In this document: positions 1 through 9,290 of the stretch, piece by piece
Position numbering within the stretch: the stretch's first letter is position 1
Layout: every line of letters begins with the position of its first letter
Assembly (NCBI GenBank): GCA_964457005.1
Contig: CAYWDJ010000002.1
Location: forward strand, 1-38,270
Length of the DNA stretch: 38,270 nt
Direction of reading: 5' to 3'
From: an uncultured Planctomycetia bacterium
GTDB lineage: Bacteria > Omnitrophota > Gorgyraeia > Tantalellales > Tantalellaceae
Notes under the pieces: generated by a model
Databases searched by the model: none
What the model was told of the DNA's origin: nothing
What the model saw: only the letters and a program-made list of their open reading frames with translations
Made by a program: the position numbers and the translations under genes

Positions 1-609
1 AGCCACTTTGTCGTACTTGTTCTCCTTCACCTTATTGATGATGACTCCGGCAAGCTTGACTCCGCTTTTATCAAAAAGCGCTTTGTTCAGCATAATTTCA
101 TCGATAGGATTGCCAATACCGCCGGGGGCAATAAGTATTACCCGCGAATTAAGCATCCCCGCGACTCTGGCGTTAGAAAGATCAAAAACCGACCCGACCC
201 CGGCATGCCCTGTTCCCTCAATAACGACAGCCTCCTTACCCTCCGCGACCCGGTTAAATGCATTCCTTATCTTAAGGGTGAAATCCCCCTCGATTTTTCC
301 GTCAAGAAAGTTTTCCGTAAAGCCCCTTTCAACCGCAACAGGCGACATATCTTCTATTTGTCCGGTTAGATGGAATATCCGGTTCATGAGGACAGAATCT
401 TCATCAACCTTGGCCTCATCAACTATCTTATAGCGCTGGCCTACAGGTTTTATAAATCCTACTTTATTATATTTTTTTGAGAGGGAGTGTATCAACCCGA
501 GGGATATTGTAGTTTTACCTACATTCTGGCGTGTCGCCGCGACAAAGATACGCTTGGCCCGCCTTATGCCAATGATCTTTTCCCATTTTTTTTCAATATA
601 TGACTTCAT
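1..609 (-). CDS. P-loop BioD/CobQ-like (Pta N-terminal, AAA_26-type) domain protein; C-terminus beyond window edge
   Basis: Own translation of the minus strand from ATG 607-609: MKSYIEKKWEKIIGIRRAKRIFVAATRQNVGKTTISLGLIHSLSKKYNKVGFIKPVGQ...VVIEGTGHAGVGSVFDLSNARVAGMLNSRVILIAPGGIGNPIDE...GVIINKV. It is open to nt 1, so it is absent from the ORF track. The plus-strand ORF 8..433 is its antisense shadow. Confidence 0.55.
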   Translation of the reverse strand, partial: MKSYIEKKWEKIIGIRRAKRIFVAATRQNVGKTTISLGLIHSLSKKYNKVGFIKPVGQRYKIVDEAKVDEDSVLMNRIFHLTGQIEDMSPVAVERGFTENFLDGKIEGDFTLKIRNAFNRVAEGKEAVVIEGTGHAGVGSVFDLSNARVAGMLNSRVILIAPGGIGNPIDEIMLNKALFDKSGVKLAGVIINKVKENKYDKVA

Positions 610-625
610 GGTATGCTGCTAACTG

Positions 626-1429
626 TCAGAAGGAATGTTCGTCAGATGGAAAAGTTCCTGATTCAACTTCATTCTTGAATGTTTCCACCGCTTCGGTCAT
701 TACTTTACCAACATTTGCGTATTGTTTAACGAATTTCGGGACGAATTTATCAAAACATCCGATCATATCGTGCGTAACAAGAACCTGGCCGTCACAATGG
801 ATTCCGGCCCCTATGCCAATCGTCGGTATTTTAAGCTGTTCAGTTATCTTGCCGGCAAGAGCCGCAGGAACACATTCAAGGATCAAAGCGCTGCAACCGG
901 AATCCTGCAGGATAATTGCGTCTTCAACAAGCCGCGCCGCCGCTTCATCGTCCTTGCCCTGCACTTTGTACCCTCCAAGCTTGTTCACGCTCTGCGGAGT
1001 AAGGCCTATATGACCTATAACGGGAATACCCGCCGCGATGATAGTCTCTATCCTTGAAGCAAACTCTCTTCCGCCTTCAAGCTTGACGGCCTGACACCCG
1101 GCTTCTTTTACAAACCGGCCGGCGTTTTTTACGGCATCTTCTTCGTTCTCCTGATAGGACATGAACGGCATATCACCTATTAGAAAAGCATTTTCCAGGC
1201 CCCTCTTAACGGCCTTGGCATGATGTATCATCTCATCCATGGTAACGGGTATTGTTGAATCGTATCCCAGCATTACCATACCGACGGAGTCGCCGACAAG
1301 CACCGCGTCTATCCCGACAGCGTCGATAAGCTTTGCCATCGAATAATCATACGCCGTGAGCATGCTTATCTTTTCACCGTTTTTCTTTTTCTTTCCAAAA
1401 TCCAAAATAGTAAATTTATTGTTAGACAT
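626..1429 (-). CDS. panB: 3-methyl-2-oxobutanoate hydroxymethyltransferase
   Basis: 267 aa. MLTAYDYSMAKLIDAVGIDAVLVGDSVGMVMLGYDSTIPVTMDEMIHH is a typical PanB core. ATG start preceded by GAGGA. Confidence 0.9.
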   Translation of the reverse strand: MSNNKFTILDFGKKKKNGEKISMLTAYDYSMAKLIDAVGIDAVLVGDSVGMVMLGYDSTIPVTMDEMIHHAKAVKRGLENAFLIGDMPFMSYQENEEDAVKNAGRFVKEAGCQAVKLEGGREFASRIETIIAAGIPVIGHIGLTPQSVNKLGGYKVQGKDDEAAARLVEDAIILQDSGCSALILECVPAALAGKITEQLKIPTIGIGAGIHCDGQVLVTHDMIGCFDKFVPKFVKQYANVGKVMTEAVETFKNEVESGTFPSDEHSF

Positions 1430-1440
1430 AGTGTCCTCTT

Positions 1441-2181
1441 TTACACAATACCCGTTAAGTACTCCACGAAGTCAATCGTGATCGGGCAAAAATAGACATG
1501 TGATTTGTCAGTATTCGCGACATGAAGCGTGTCCTTTGCCAATTTCTGGTTCCAGTCCAAGGTACACTTGAAATTCTGAGGAAAAATAACCTTATTCTTG
1601 CTCTCCCAATAATGTTTTGAGGATTCCCGGACGACAGGCGCGAGCCCCCAGAAAACGTGCGAATTTTTAAGCGCCCCGGCCCATTTTTCTATGTGCCCGG
1701 TATCAAAGAAAGGCTGAGTAAAAAAACCGTCCGCACCCGCCTCAATTTTACGGTGGACATACTCCATTTCCTCTTCAAAAGTCGTGCGCCACTGGTCGAC
1801 ACCTGCATACACAGTTACCCCCGGCATTTCTTCCTTTATCTTCTTGATAAGATCAATAGAATCACAAGGGTTGTCACTCTGTGACACTATTTCGGGATTG
1901 TCGCCCAGAATAACAAGAACCTCATTAATATCGTTACTCTCAAAAAAATCCTTAAATGGAAGGGGCTCTTCCTTGTTTTCCGCAACCGCTCTTAAATGAG
2001 GTATCACATTATTAAAGAAAGGGACAGCAACCTCACATGCTTCCGGGATACGCATATCAAACTTAAGGATGTCAGGTATATTCAAGGTATCAATACACGG
2101 GAAATCCTTTTTTACGGTAGAAAGTTCTTCCGTAAAGGATTCTTTACACCTAGGCACCAGCTCTAACGACATTCTTCCCAT
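1441..2181 (-). CDS. metF: Short methylenetetrahydrofolate reductase-family protein
   Basis: LELVPR near the N-terminus, AGADGFFTQPFFD (compare E. coli MetF GANRAITQFFFD) and WGLAPV. The ORF extends to 2217, but ATG at 2181 follows GAGGGGAG and avoids overlap with folD. About 246 aa, shorter than canonical MetF. Confidence 0.65.
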   Translation of the reverse strand: MGRMSLELVPRCKESFTEELSTVKKDFPCIDTLNIPDILKFDMRIPEACEVAVPFFNNVIPHLRAVAENKEEPLPFKDFFESNDINEVLVILGDNPEIVSQSDNPCDSIDLIKKIKEEMPGVTVYAGVDQWRTTFEEEMEYVHRKIEAGADGFFTQPFFDTGHIEKWAGALKNSHVFWGLAPVVRESSKHYWESKNKVIFPQNFKCTLDWNQKLAKDTLHVANTDKSHVYFCPITIDFVEYLTGIV

Positions 2182-2194
2182 AAAACTCCCCTCA

Positions 2195-3055
2195 CTATAA
2201 ACTGATCTGTTTTGCAAATGACCTTAAAACATTTCTCATAAGTATCGATACGGTGATCGGACCTACACCGCCGGGAACCGGAGTTATGGCGGCTGCTTTT
2301 TCTTTTACCTCATCAAACGCCACGTCACCTACTATCCCATTGGCCGTATTATTTATCCCCACATCCACAACGACAACGCCTTCTTTTACCCAATCGGCTT
2401 TTACCATTTCAGGACACCCGACAGCTACAACAAGAATGTCGGCTTTTTGTGCATGCGAAATGATATCACCCTTCTCTGAAGTTCCGATATGGCAAACTGT
2501 CGTAGTAGCCGTCTCATTCAGCATCATAAGGCTCAGCGGCTTACCAACGATAGCTGAATGCCCCAAGATAACGACCTCTTTACCATAAAGCTCTATCTCC
2601 ATAAAACTAAGTATTTTCATTACCGCTCCGGGAGTACACGGCACTATATCAGCCTCACGCCTGAGTATCTTTCCAAGATTGAACGGATGAAGGCCCTCAG
2701 CATCCTTAGCCGGACTTACGACCGATACTATTTTACTGTGGCTTATACCCTCTGGAAGCGGCTTTTGAACTATCACACTGGTAACAGAATCATCGGCATT
2801 AAGCTTCTCGACCTCCGATATAAGTGTGTCCTGTGTAATATTGTTGTCAAGCTTGTGTGTCTCAAACTCTATCCCCGCATTTTCCGCCGCCCTTTTCTGC
2901 ATTTTCATATATATATGGGCATCATCAGAATCCGTAGCTATAACAGATACCATCTTTGGAACCTTTCCGGATCCGGATTCCAACTTTTCTATTTTATTTT
3001 TAACCGACTCATTAATACTCTGAGAGATCTCTCTGCCGTTTATCAACTGACCCAT
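2195..3055 (-). CDS. folD: Bifunctional methylene-THF dehydrogenase / methenyl-THF cyclohydrolase
   Basis: 286 aa. VQKPLP, VVILGHSAIVGKPL and TPVPGGVGPITVSILM motifs. ATG preceded by GGGGG. Confidence 0.92.
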   Translation of the reverse strand: MGQLINGREISQSINESVKNKIEKLESGSGKVPKMVSVIATDSDDAHIYMKMQKRAAENAGIEFETHKLDNNITQDTLISEVEKLNADDSVTSVIVQKPLPEGISHSKIVSVVSPAKDAEGLHPFNLGKILRREADIVPCTPGAVMKILSFMEIELYGKEVVILGHSAIVGKPLSLMMLNETATTTVCHIGTSEKGDIISHAQKADILVVAVGCPEMVKADWVKEGVVVVDVGINNTANGIVGDVAFDEVKEKAAAITPVPGGVGPITVSILMRNVLRSFAKQISL

Positions 3056-3066
3056 TATACCCCCTG

Positions 3067-3648
3067 TCAGATCTTGTCCAGAACACTACAACTTGTTTTT
3101 TCTATACCACTGGCAATAGATGCTAATTCTTCCCCGGAACGGGAAACATATGAACTGTCTTTAATGTATTTGAGGTTTATTTCGACATTAAGTTTTGCTG
3201 AATTGAATGCCGCTTTGAACATTTGAACCGCACACCCTATATCAGTAACGAGGTTCATATTGGCCCCTTCCAGCATTAGTTCCGTTATCTCGAGTGAGTC
3301 ACGGACTTTCCGGCATATTTCCATTGGAACATTAGCGGAAGTGATATATTTTTCTTCCGGGTTGTCTCCCCCTGAAAGTGTATCCATAAGACTTGAGAAA
3401 GCGCGGCAGTCTTCATCGACCAAAATCATGAGATCACTGCGTAAAGTCTCCTGCTTATCCCTATAGTCTTCGAACTTCTTGTCGGCATCATTAGCTCTAT
3501 CCGGCTTAATGGTATAATTAATTACCATGAGGTTAAGAGCTGCGGCGGTCGATGCAACAAGAGCTGCAGCGCTACCTCCACCCGGGACATGCTTACGAGC
3601 GGACAAGTCGTCCAGATACCCTTTAAGTGTACTCTCGATATAATCCAT
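3067..3648 (-). CDS. Cyclodeaminase/cyclohydrolase family protein (FtcD C-terminal domain / FchA-like)
   Basis: PGGGSAAALVASTAAALNLMV is the signature of the formiminotransferase-cyclodeaminase C-domain family. The ORF-track start 3663 is TTG. ATG at 3648 lies 7 nt after the fhs stop and is preferred. Confidence 0.72.
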   Translation of the reverse strand: MDYIESTLKGYLDDLSARKHVPGGGSAAALVASTAAALNLMVINYTIKPDRANDADKKFEDYRDKQETLRSDLMILVDEDCRAFSSLMDTLSGGDNPEEKYITSANVPMEICRKVRDSLEITELMLEGANMNLVTDIGCAVQMFKAAFNSAKLNVEINLKYIKDSSYVSRSGEELASIASGIEKTSCSVLDKI

Positions 3649-3655
3649 CTTTGCC

Positions 3656-5362
3656 TTAGCCAAGCCCCTTTATATCGCCGGTCTTTACGTCAATGTCTAT
3701 GCTGCATCCCCGGGGAACCTTTGGCAGTCCCGGCATAGAGTTTACACCTTCACATTTCACAAGCAGGTAACCTGCTCCATTCGCTATCTCGACATCATCT
3801 ATCCCCAGCTTAAAGCCCCTGGGCCTGCCTTTTTTAGCAGAATTATTAGAAAGCGACAGATGTGTTTTACCCATACATACCGGCAGAGCTCCAAGCCCCG
3901 CTTTTTCTATGCGGTCAATGCTTACTGCGGCTGTATCCGAGTATTTTACTTCGCTTGCTCCATACATGGATTTCGCGATCCTTTCGACCTTATTCCTCAC
4001 TCCCATATCAACCGGGTATAGAAATCTCATAGAAGATTTTTCTTTTATTGCCTCGATAACGACCTTGGCAAGCTCCATCGCCCCTGCCGAACCTTCCTTG
4101 AAGGCTTCACTCACGGCAAACCCGGCGACATCGAGCGCCTCGGCTCTTCTCAGAACCACATTTATTTCTTTTTTTGAATCCGATTCGAACCTGTTAAGAC
4201 AAATAACTATCGGAATACCGAACATCTTAAGGTTTTCAACCTGTTTCTCCAGGTTTGAGCATCCCCTGTCAACGGCTGAAAGGTTCTCTTTCTTAAGATT
4301 TGCAGGCATCACAACAGTGCCCTTAAAATCAAAATCTCCGCTATGGACCTTAAGAGCCCTTATTGAACAGTTTATGACGGCAACCGCGGGTTTGACCCCG
4401 GACTGACGGCACTTTATATCAAGGAATTTCTCTGCACCAAGGTCCACACCAAAACCACTCTCGGTAACAACGTATTCCGCCAACTTTAATGCGATCTTAT
4501 CAGCTATGACAGAACTTGAGCCATGTGAAACATTTGCGAAACATCCGGTATGCATAAGACACGGAGTGTGTTCAATTGTTTGAAGAAGATTCGGTTCAAG
4601 AGCTTTCACAAGAAGCGCTGCCATAGGACCCGCGGCCTTCAAGTTGTCAGCCATAATGGGCTTGCCCTTTGACGTAAAACCCACAACTATCTTCCCCAAT
4701 CTCGTTCTGAGATCTTTCAGATCTTTTGAAAGAGACAGTATGGACATACATTCTGAAGCCGGGGTGATATCAAATCCGGTTTTTCTGCTTACCCCATGAA
4801 GTTTTCCCCCTCCCCCAATGGCGACATTGCGCAGTGTCCTGTCATTTAGATCTGATACTCTTTTATATGATATTGTGCTCTTGTCTATATCTAATGGATT
4901 ACCCCAGAAAAGACTGTTATCAAGAAATGACGCGCAAAGATTCTGCGCATTTGAAACAGCCGCTGAATCTCCTGTAAGGTGCAAGTTTATATCTGTGGAC
5001 GGGAGAACCTGTGAGTAACCTCCACCAGTAGCTCCGCCTTTAAGTCCGAGAGTAGGCCCCAATGAAGGCTCTCTCAAACAACATATTGATTTCTTTCCCT
5101 TTTTGTTAAGCGCCATGGAAAGAGCTATGGAATTAAGTGTCTTCCCCTCTCCCAGGTGAGTGGGAGTGATAGAGGTTACAAGTATAAGCTTTCCTTCCTT
5201 TCGCTTTTTAAGCCTTCCCGTCAGGATCTCAGGAGAGACCTTAGCAATATACTTGCCGTACTTTGTCAAGAACTTGCCGGCTATGCCGGCTTTTTTTGCG
5301 ATATCTTCGATATCTTTCAGCTTCACACCCGAAGCTACTTTCTTGTCATAATTACTACCCAT
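3656..5362 (-). CDS. fhs: Formate-tetrahydrofolate ligase
   Basis: TPTHLGEGKT P-loop with family-typical length and sequence throughout. The ORF-track start 5401 is TTG. ATG at 5362 follows GGGAG plus 5 nt. Confidence 0.92.
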   Translation of the reverse strand: MGSNYDKKVASGVKLKDIEDIAKKAGIAGKFLTKYGKYIAKVSPEILTGRLKKRKEGKLILVTSITPTHLGEGKTLNSIALSMALNKKGKKSICCLREPSLGPTLGLKGGATGGGYSQVLPSTDINLHLTGDSAAVSNAQNLCASFLDNSLFWGNPLDIDKSTISYKRVSDLNDRTLRNVAIGGGGKLHGVSRKTGFDITPASECMSILSLSKDLKDLRTRLGKIVVGFTSKGKPIMADNLKAAGPMAALLVKALEPNLLQTIEHTPCLMHTGCFANVSHGSSSVIADKIALKLAEYVVTESGFGVDLGAEKFLDIKCRQSGVKPAVAVINCSIRALKVHSGDFDFKGTVVMPANLKKENLSAVDRGCSNLEKQVENLKMFGIPIVICLNRFESDSKKEINVVLRRAEALDVAGFAVSEAFKEGSAGAMELAKVVIEAIKEKSSMRFLYPVDMGVRNKVERIAKSMYGASEVKYSDTAAVSIDRIEKAGLGALPVCMGKTHLSLSNNSAKKGRPRGFKLGIDDVEIANGAGYLLVKCEGVNSMPGLPKVPRGCSIDIDVKTGDIKGLG

Positions 5363-6002
5363 TTTTACTCCCTTTTTTACGCTGTGGCCCAAAAGGCCCA
5401 AAACTCATTCTATGTATCGGAGAAAGTCCACAAGAGGTTATCGCCTCAATATGTTCTTTCGTGCCGTATCCTTTATGTCTAACAAACCCGTACTCGGGAT
5501 ATTTCTTATCTTCTTCAAGCATCATGCGATCTCTGAAAACCTTGGCTATTATAGAAGCACAGGCTATTGAAACACTTAAGCTTTCTCCCCGTATCAGACA
5601 GTTCCTCTTTTGAGGAAGATCGACCTCCATCCTGCCGTCTATAAGCAAATAATCCGGCGCTTGTTCCAGTTCTTCAACAGCCCTTTTCATTGCAAGCAGC
5701 GTAGCATTAAATATATTGAGCCTGTCTATTTCTTCGACACTGGCCAACCCTATGCCAACCTCACACAACTTTATGATCTCCAGGAACGCCCTCTCTCTTC
5801 TTTTTTCTGACAGCTTCTTGGAATCGTCTATCCGTTCCTGAAAATTAGTGTCTTTTACGACAACACAAGCTGCAACTACCGGTCCGGCCAAAGGCCCTCT
5901 TCCGGCTTCATCTATACCGCCAACTCTTTTGAAACCCCGGTCCGCAGCCCTTTTTTCATAAAAAAGGGTGTCCGTAGGATTACTTCTTTTCTCGATGGAC
6001 AA
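5355..6002 (-). CDS. rnhB: Ribonuclease HII
   Basis: GIDEAGRGPLAGPVV catalytic motif, 215 aa. The start at 6002 is TTG and overlaps the rplS end by 23 nt, so the exact start is uncertain. Confidence 0.87.
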   Translation of the reverse strand: MSIEKRSNPTDTLFYEKRAADRGFKRVGGIDEAGRGPLAGPVVAACVVVKDTNFQERIDDSKKLSEKRRERAFLEIIKLCEVGIGLASVEEIDRLNIFNATLLAMKRAVEELEQAPDYLLIDGRMEVDLPQKRNCLIRGESLSVSIACASIIAKVFRDRMMLEEDKKYPEYGFVRHKGYGTKEHIEAITSCGLSPIHRMSFGPFGPQRKKGSKNG

Positions 6003-6342
6003 CTTTTTCCTTTACCTTTGTAGCCTTTTTACCTGTCATGCCACGTAGATAATATAGTTTTGCACGTCTTACTTTGCCCCTTTTCTTAACCACTACCTTA
6101 TCTACAAGCGGTGAGTTCAAAGGGAATATACGTTCAACACCTTCACCATGGGATATTCTGCGCACAGTAAAATTTTTACTTACACTGGCACCTTTCTTGG
6201 CGATAACAAGTCCGTTGAACACCTGGATACGCGATTTATTCTCTTCTTTGATCGTAAAATGCACATCGACGGTATCCCCTATTTCAAACTGAGGGGCGTC
6301 CTTCTTCAAGTGTTTCTCCTCGACGTTCTTCAACTTCTGCAT
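5980..6342 (-). CDS. rplS: 50S ribosomal protein L19
   Basis: 120 aa. FEIGDTVDVHFTIKEENKSRIQVFNGLVIAKKG is typical L19. GGAGG precedes the ATG. Confidence 0.95.
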   Translation of the reverse strand: MQKLKNVEEKHLKKDAPQFEIGDTVDVHFTIKEENKSRIQVFNGLVIAKKGASVSKNFTVRRISHGEGVERIFPLNSPLVDKVVVKKRGKVRRAKLYYLRGMTGKKATKVKEKVVHREKK

Positions 6343-6357
6343 TACTTCCTCCTTCTA

Positions 6358-7035
6358 TCATTTCAAAAGATCTGGCCTTCTCTCTTTTGTGCGCTTTAAA
6401 GCCTCTTTCATCTTCCATTCATTTATCTTTTTTGGATCACCGCACAAAAGTATCTCAGGCACCTTCATTTCCTTATACTCAGACGGCCTGGTGTATTGAG
6501 GATATTCCAAGATGCCATTCTCAAACGATTCCTCCACCAAACACTCACCTTCACCCAAAACGCCCGGTATCAACCGAACTACCGAGTCGCATATCAACAT
6601 GGCTGGGATCTCTCCGCATGTAAGGATAAAGTCCCCTACCGAGATCTCCATATCCACCAGATGTCTTATTCTCTCATCAAACCCCTCATAGTGTCCGCAA
6701 ATGAGTATTACATGCTCAAGAGCCGATAATTCCCTGGACAGTTTCTGGTCAAACCTCCTGCCCTGAGGAGTTAGCAAAATTACAACGGGATCTGTTCCTG
6801 CTGATGCTGCTTTTAATTCCGCTATCCCTTTATCCACGGGTTCAATTTTCATCACCATTCCCGGTCCGCCTCCGTACGGCTTGTCATCTGCCGTACCGTG
6901 ACGATCGGTGGTCCATTTTCTGATATTATGTGTCGCAATATCAGCAAGCCCTTTTTTTCGGGCTATCTTTAACATAGACTCACCAAAAACACCCGTAAAC
7001 ATCTCCGGGAAAAGAGTCAGTATGTCAATCTTCAT
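6358..7035 (-). CDS. trmD: tRNA (guanine37-N1)-methyltransferase
   Basis: MKIDILTLFPEMF..., YGGGPGMVM and CGHYEGFDERI motifs. 225 aa. Confidence 0.93.
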   Translation of the reverse strand: MKIDILTLFPEMFTGVFGESMLKIARKKGLADIATHNIRKWTTDRHGTADDKPYGGGPGMVMKIEPVDKGIAELKAASAGTDPVVILLTPQGRRFDQKLSRELSALEHVILICGHYEGFDERIRHLVDMEISVGDFILTCGEIPAMLICDSVVRLIPGVLGEGECLVEESFENGILEYPQYTRPSEYKEMKVPEILLCGDPKKINEWKMKEALKRTKERRPDLLK

Positions 7036-7044
7036 ACCGCGCTG

Positions 7045-7284
7045 CTATATATCAAGTCTTTTAAAAATACTCTTCACCGTGGGCGATGGTTTAGCACCGT
7101 TCTTAAGCCAGTACTCAACCCTTTCTCTATCCAAAGCGATCTTATCTGACCCTTTTTTAGGATCATAATAACCCAACTCTTCAAGAGCCTTACCATCACG
7201 CTGCGTAGACTTGTTTATCGCAACTATACGGTAAAAAGGTCTTTTCTTGCTACCGAAAGTCTTAAGTCTCAAAACTACTGCCAT
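7045..7284 (-). CDS. rpsP: 30S ribosomal protein S16
   Basis: MAVVLRLKTFGSKKRPFYRIVA is typical S16. GGAGG precedes the ATG. Confidence 0.95.
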   Translation of the reverse strand: MAVVLRLKTFGSKKRPFYRIVAINKSTQRDGKALEELGYYDPKKGSDKIALDRERVEYWLKNGAKPSPTVKSIFKRLDI

Positions 7285-7302
7285 TGTTGTATCCTCCTTT
7301 TA

Positions 7303-8568
7303 CTATTCCTTTACTCTCCAAACTTTTGCGCCGACCGCTGAAAGCTTCTCTTCTATGTGTTCATAGCCCCTATCAAGATGGTATATCCTTGATATCTCGG
7401 TTTTGCCGTCCGCCACGAGTCCTGCCAGAACAAGAGCAGCTGACGCTCTAAGATCTGATGCCATGACCGGTGCTCCGCTCAGTTTTTTTACACCCTTAAT
7501 GATGGAGGTGGATCCTTCTAAAATTATCTCTGCCCCCATCCTGTTAAGCTCACTAATATGTATAAATCTCTCAGGATATATCTTTTCCGTTATAACGCTT
7601 ATTCCGTCACCAATGGTGACAAGGCTCATCATCTGGGCCTGAAGGTCTGTCGGAAACCCCGGATACGTAAGCGTCGTTATGTCCGTCGCTTGAATATTCC
7701 TGGTTTTTCTATAAACGACCAGACCGTCTTCCTCTTCATCTATTCCTGCTCCACATTCCAAAAGTTTATCAATGAGAGCCAGATTGTGTTCTACTTTAGC
7801 ATTCTTTATAAAGAGCTTGCCGTCTGTAATTACCGCGGCTATCATATATGTTCCGGCTTCTATCCTATCCGGGATCACTGAATATTCCGCGCCTTTAAGT
7901 TCCTTAACGCCCCGAACCTTCACAGTAGGAGTGCCCAGTCCCTCGATGTCCGCACCCATGGCCAGTAAAAAATTTCCAAGGTCTACGACTTCCGGTTCAC
8001 AAGCCGCGTCTTCTATAATTGTCCGGCCGTCTGCAAGTACTGCAGCCATTAGCGTATTCGCCGTGGCCAGAACACTCGAACCAAAATGTCCTCCGAGGTA
8101 TATCCTTGTCCCTTTAAGCCCCCGTGTCGTCGCCAGAATATATCCTGCTTCGACCGTTATTTCCGCTCCAAGAGCCCTTAACCCCTTCATGTGAAGATCT
8201 ATAGGCCTGGGCCCTATAACACATCCTCCGGGAAAAGAGACCTTCGCCTTTTTGTATCTTCCAAGGAGCGGCCCGAGAACCGCGATGGAAGCACGCATAG
8301 TACTTACGAGCTCATATGAGGCCGTTACTTCCTTCACGTCGCCGGGAAGTATTTCTACCGTCGTGCCTTTTTTTATCACCTCTCTACCCAGCTGGGTCAA
8401 GATCTCAAGCATGGTGTTTACATCCTTGAGGTCGGGAATATTCGAGATAATGCATTTCTCATTGGTTAAAAGTGACGCGGCAAGCAGCGGGAGGCAAGCG
8501 TTCTTTGCTCCGCTTACATTTATTTCTCCCGACAATTTTCTGCCGCCCTCTATTACCAGTTTATCCAT
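7303..8568 (-). CDS. murA: UDP-N-acetylglucosamine 1-carboxyvinyltransferase
   Basis: 421 aa. GAKNACLPLLAA, and PGGCVIGPRPID carrying the active-site Cys. Confidence 0.93.
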   Translation of the reverse strand: MDKLVIEGGRKLSGEINVSGAKNACLPLLAASLLTNEKCIISNIPDLKDVNTMLEILTQLGREVIKKGTTVEILPGDVKEVTASYELVSTMRASIAVLGPLLGRYKKAKVSFPGGCVIGPRPIDLHMKGLRALGAEITVEAGYILATTRGLKGTRIYLGGHFGSSVLATANTLMAAVLADGRTIIEDAACEPEVVDLGNFLLAMGADIEGLGTPTVKVRGVKELKGAEYSVIPDRIEAGTYMIAAVITDGKLFIKNAKVEHNLALIDKLLECGAGIDEEEDGLVVYRKTRNIQATDITTLTYPGFPTDLQAQMMSLVTIGDGISVITEKIYPERFIHISELNRMGAEIILEGSTSIIKGVKKLSGAPVMASDLRASAALVLAGLVADGKTEISRIYHLDRGYEHIEEKLSAVGAKVWRVKE

Positions 8569-9289
8569 TCTTCCACCCTATGATCACACGATCGAACCCA
8601 TTGTGATCTTTAAAAAACTCAATATTTTTGAACCCTCCGGACTTAAAACTTTCAAGAACAAGATCCTTCTGGTCGTATCCGATCTCAACAGCCATAAAGC
8701 CTCCGTCTTTCAAGAACTCTATGCCTTCTCGCGCTATGACGTTGATAGCATCCATCCCGGTGTCTCCGGCATGAAGCGCAAGTTTTGGTTCAGCCTTCAC
8801 CCACGCATCCAAAGCATCGTAGTCTTTATCTGAAATGTACGGCGGATTGGACACTATGCAGTCAAAAGTCCCTTTATGATCCCCGACCCCATCAAACATA
8901 TCAGCCTGTACCAATTCTACTCTCTCCTCCATTCCGTGCCGTCTGACATTATCAGCCGCTACGGATAAAGCCTCCCTGGATACATCCGACGCGATTACCC
9001 GAACATCTTCGAGTAAAGATGCTACACCCAAAGCTATCGCGCCTGATCCCGTGCAAAGGTCAAGCATTAACAAACTTTTTTTCAAAGATCTTTTCAATTG
9101 ATCCGCAACCTGTTTCACAAGTACTTCTGTTTCGGGACGAGGGATCAATACCCTCTCATCAACTGCTATTTCCAGCCCCAGGAACTCTGCTTTTCCTTCC
9201 TGGTACTGGATCGGAACCGTTTCTGAATAATCTACAAGTTCTATCTCTCCGCTTGCACATTTAAATGTTTTTTTTAACGGTACCTTCAT
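8561..9289 (-). CDS. prmC: Release-factor glutamine N5-methyltransferase, short N-terminal domain
   Basis: VLIPRPETE, LDLCTGSGAIAL and NPPY motifs, directly downstream of prfA. 242 aa. Confidence 0.8.
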   Translation of the reverse strand: MKVPLKKTFKCASGEIELVDYSETVPIQYQEGKAEFLGLEIAVDERVLIPRPETEVLVKQVADQLKRSLKKSLLMLDLCTGSGAIALGVASLLEDVRVIASDVSREALSVAADNVRRHGMEERVELVQADMFDGVGDHKGTFDCIVSNPPYISDKDYDALDAWVKAEPKLALHAGDTGMDAINVIAREGIEFLKDGGFMAVEIGYDQKDLVLESFKSGGFKNIEFFKDHNGFDRVIIGWKNG

Positions 9290-9290
9290 T

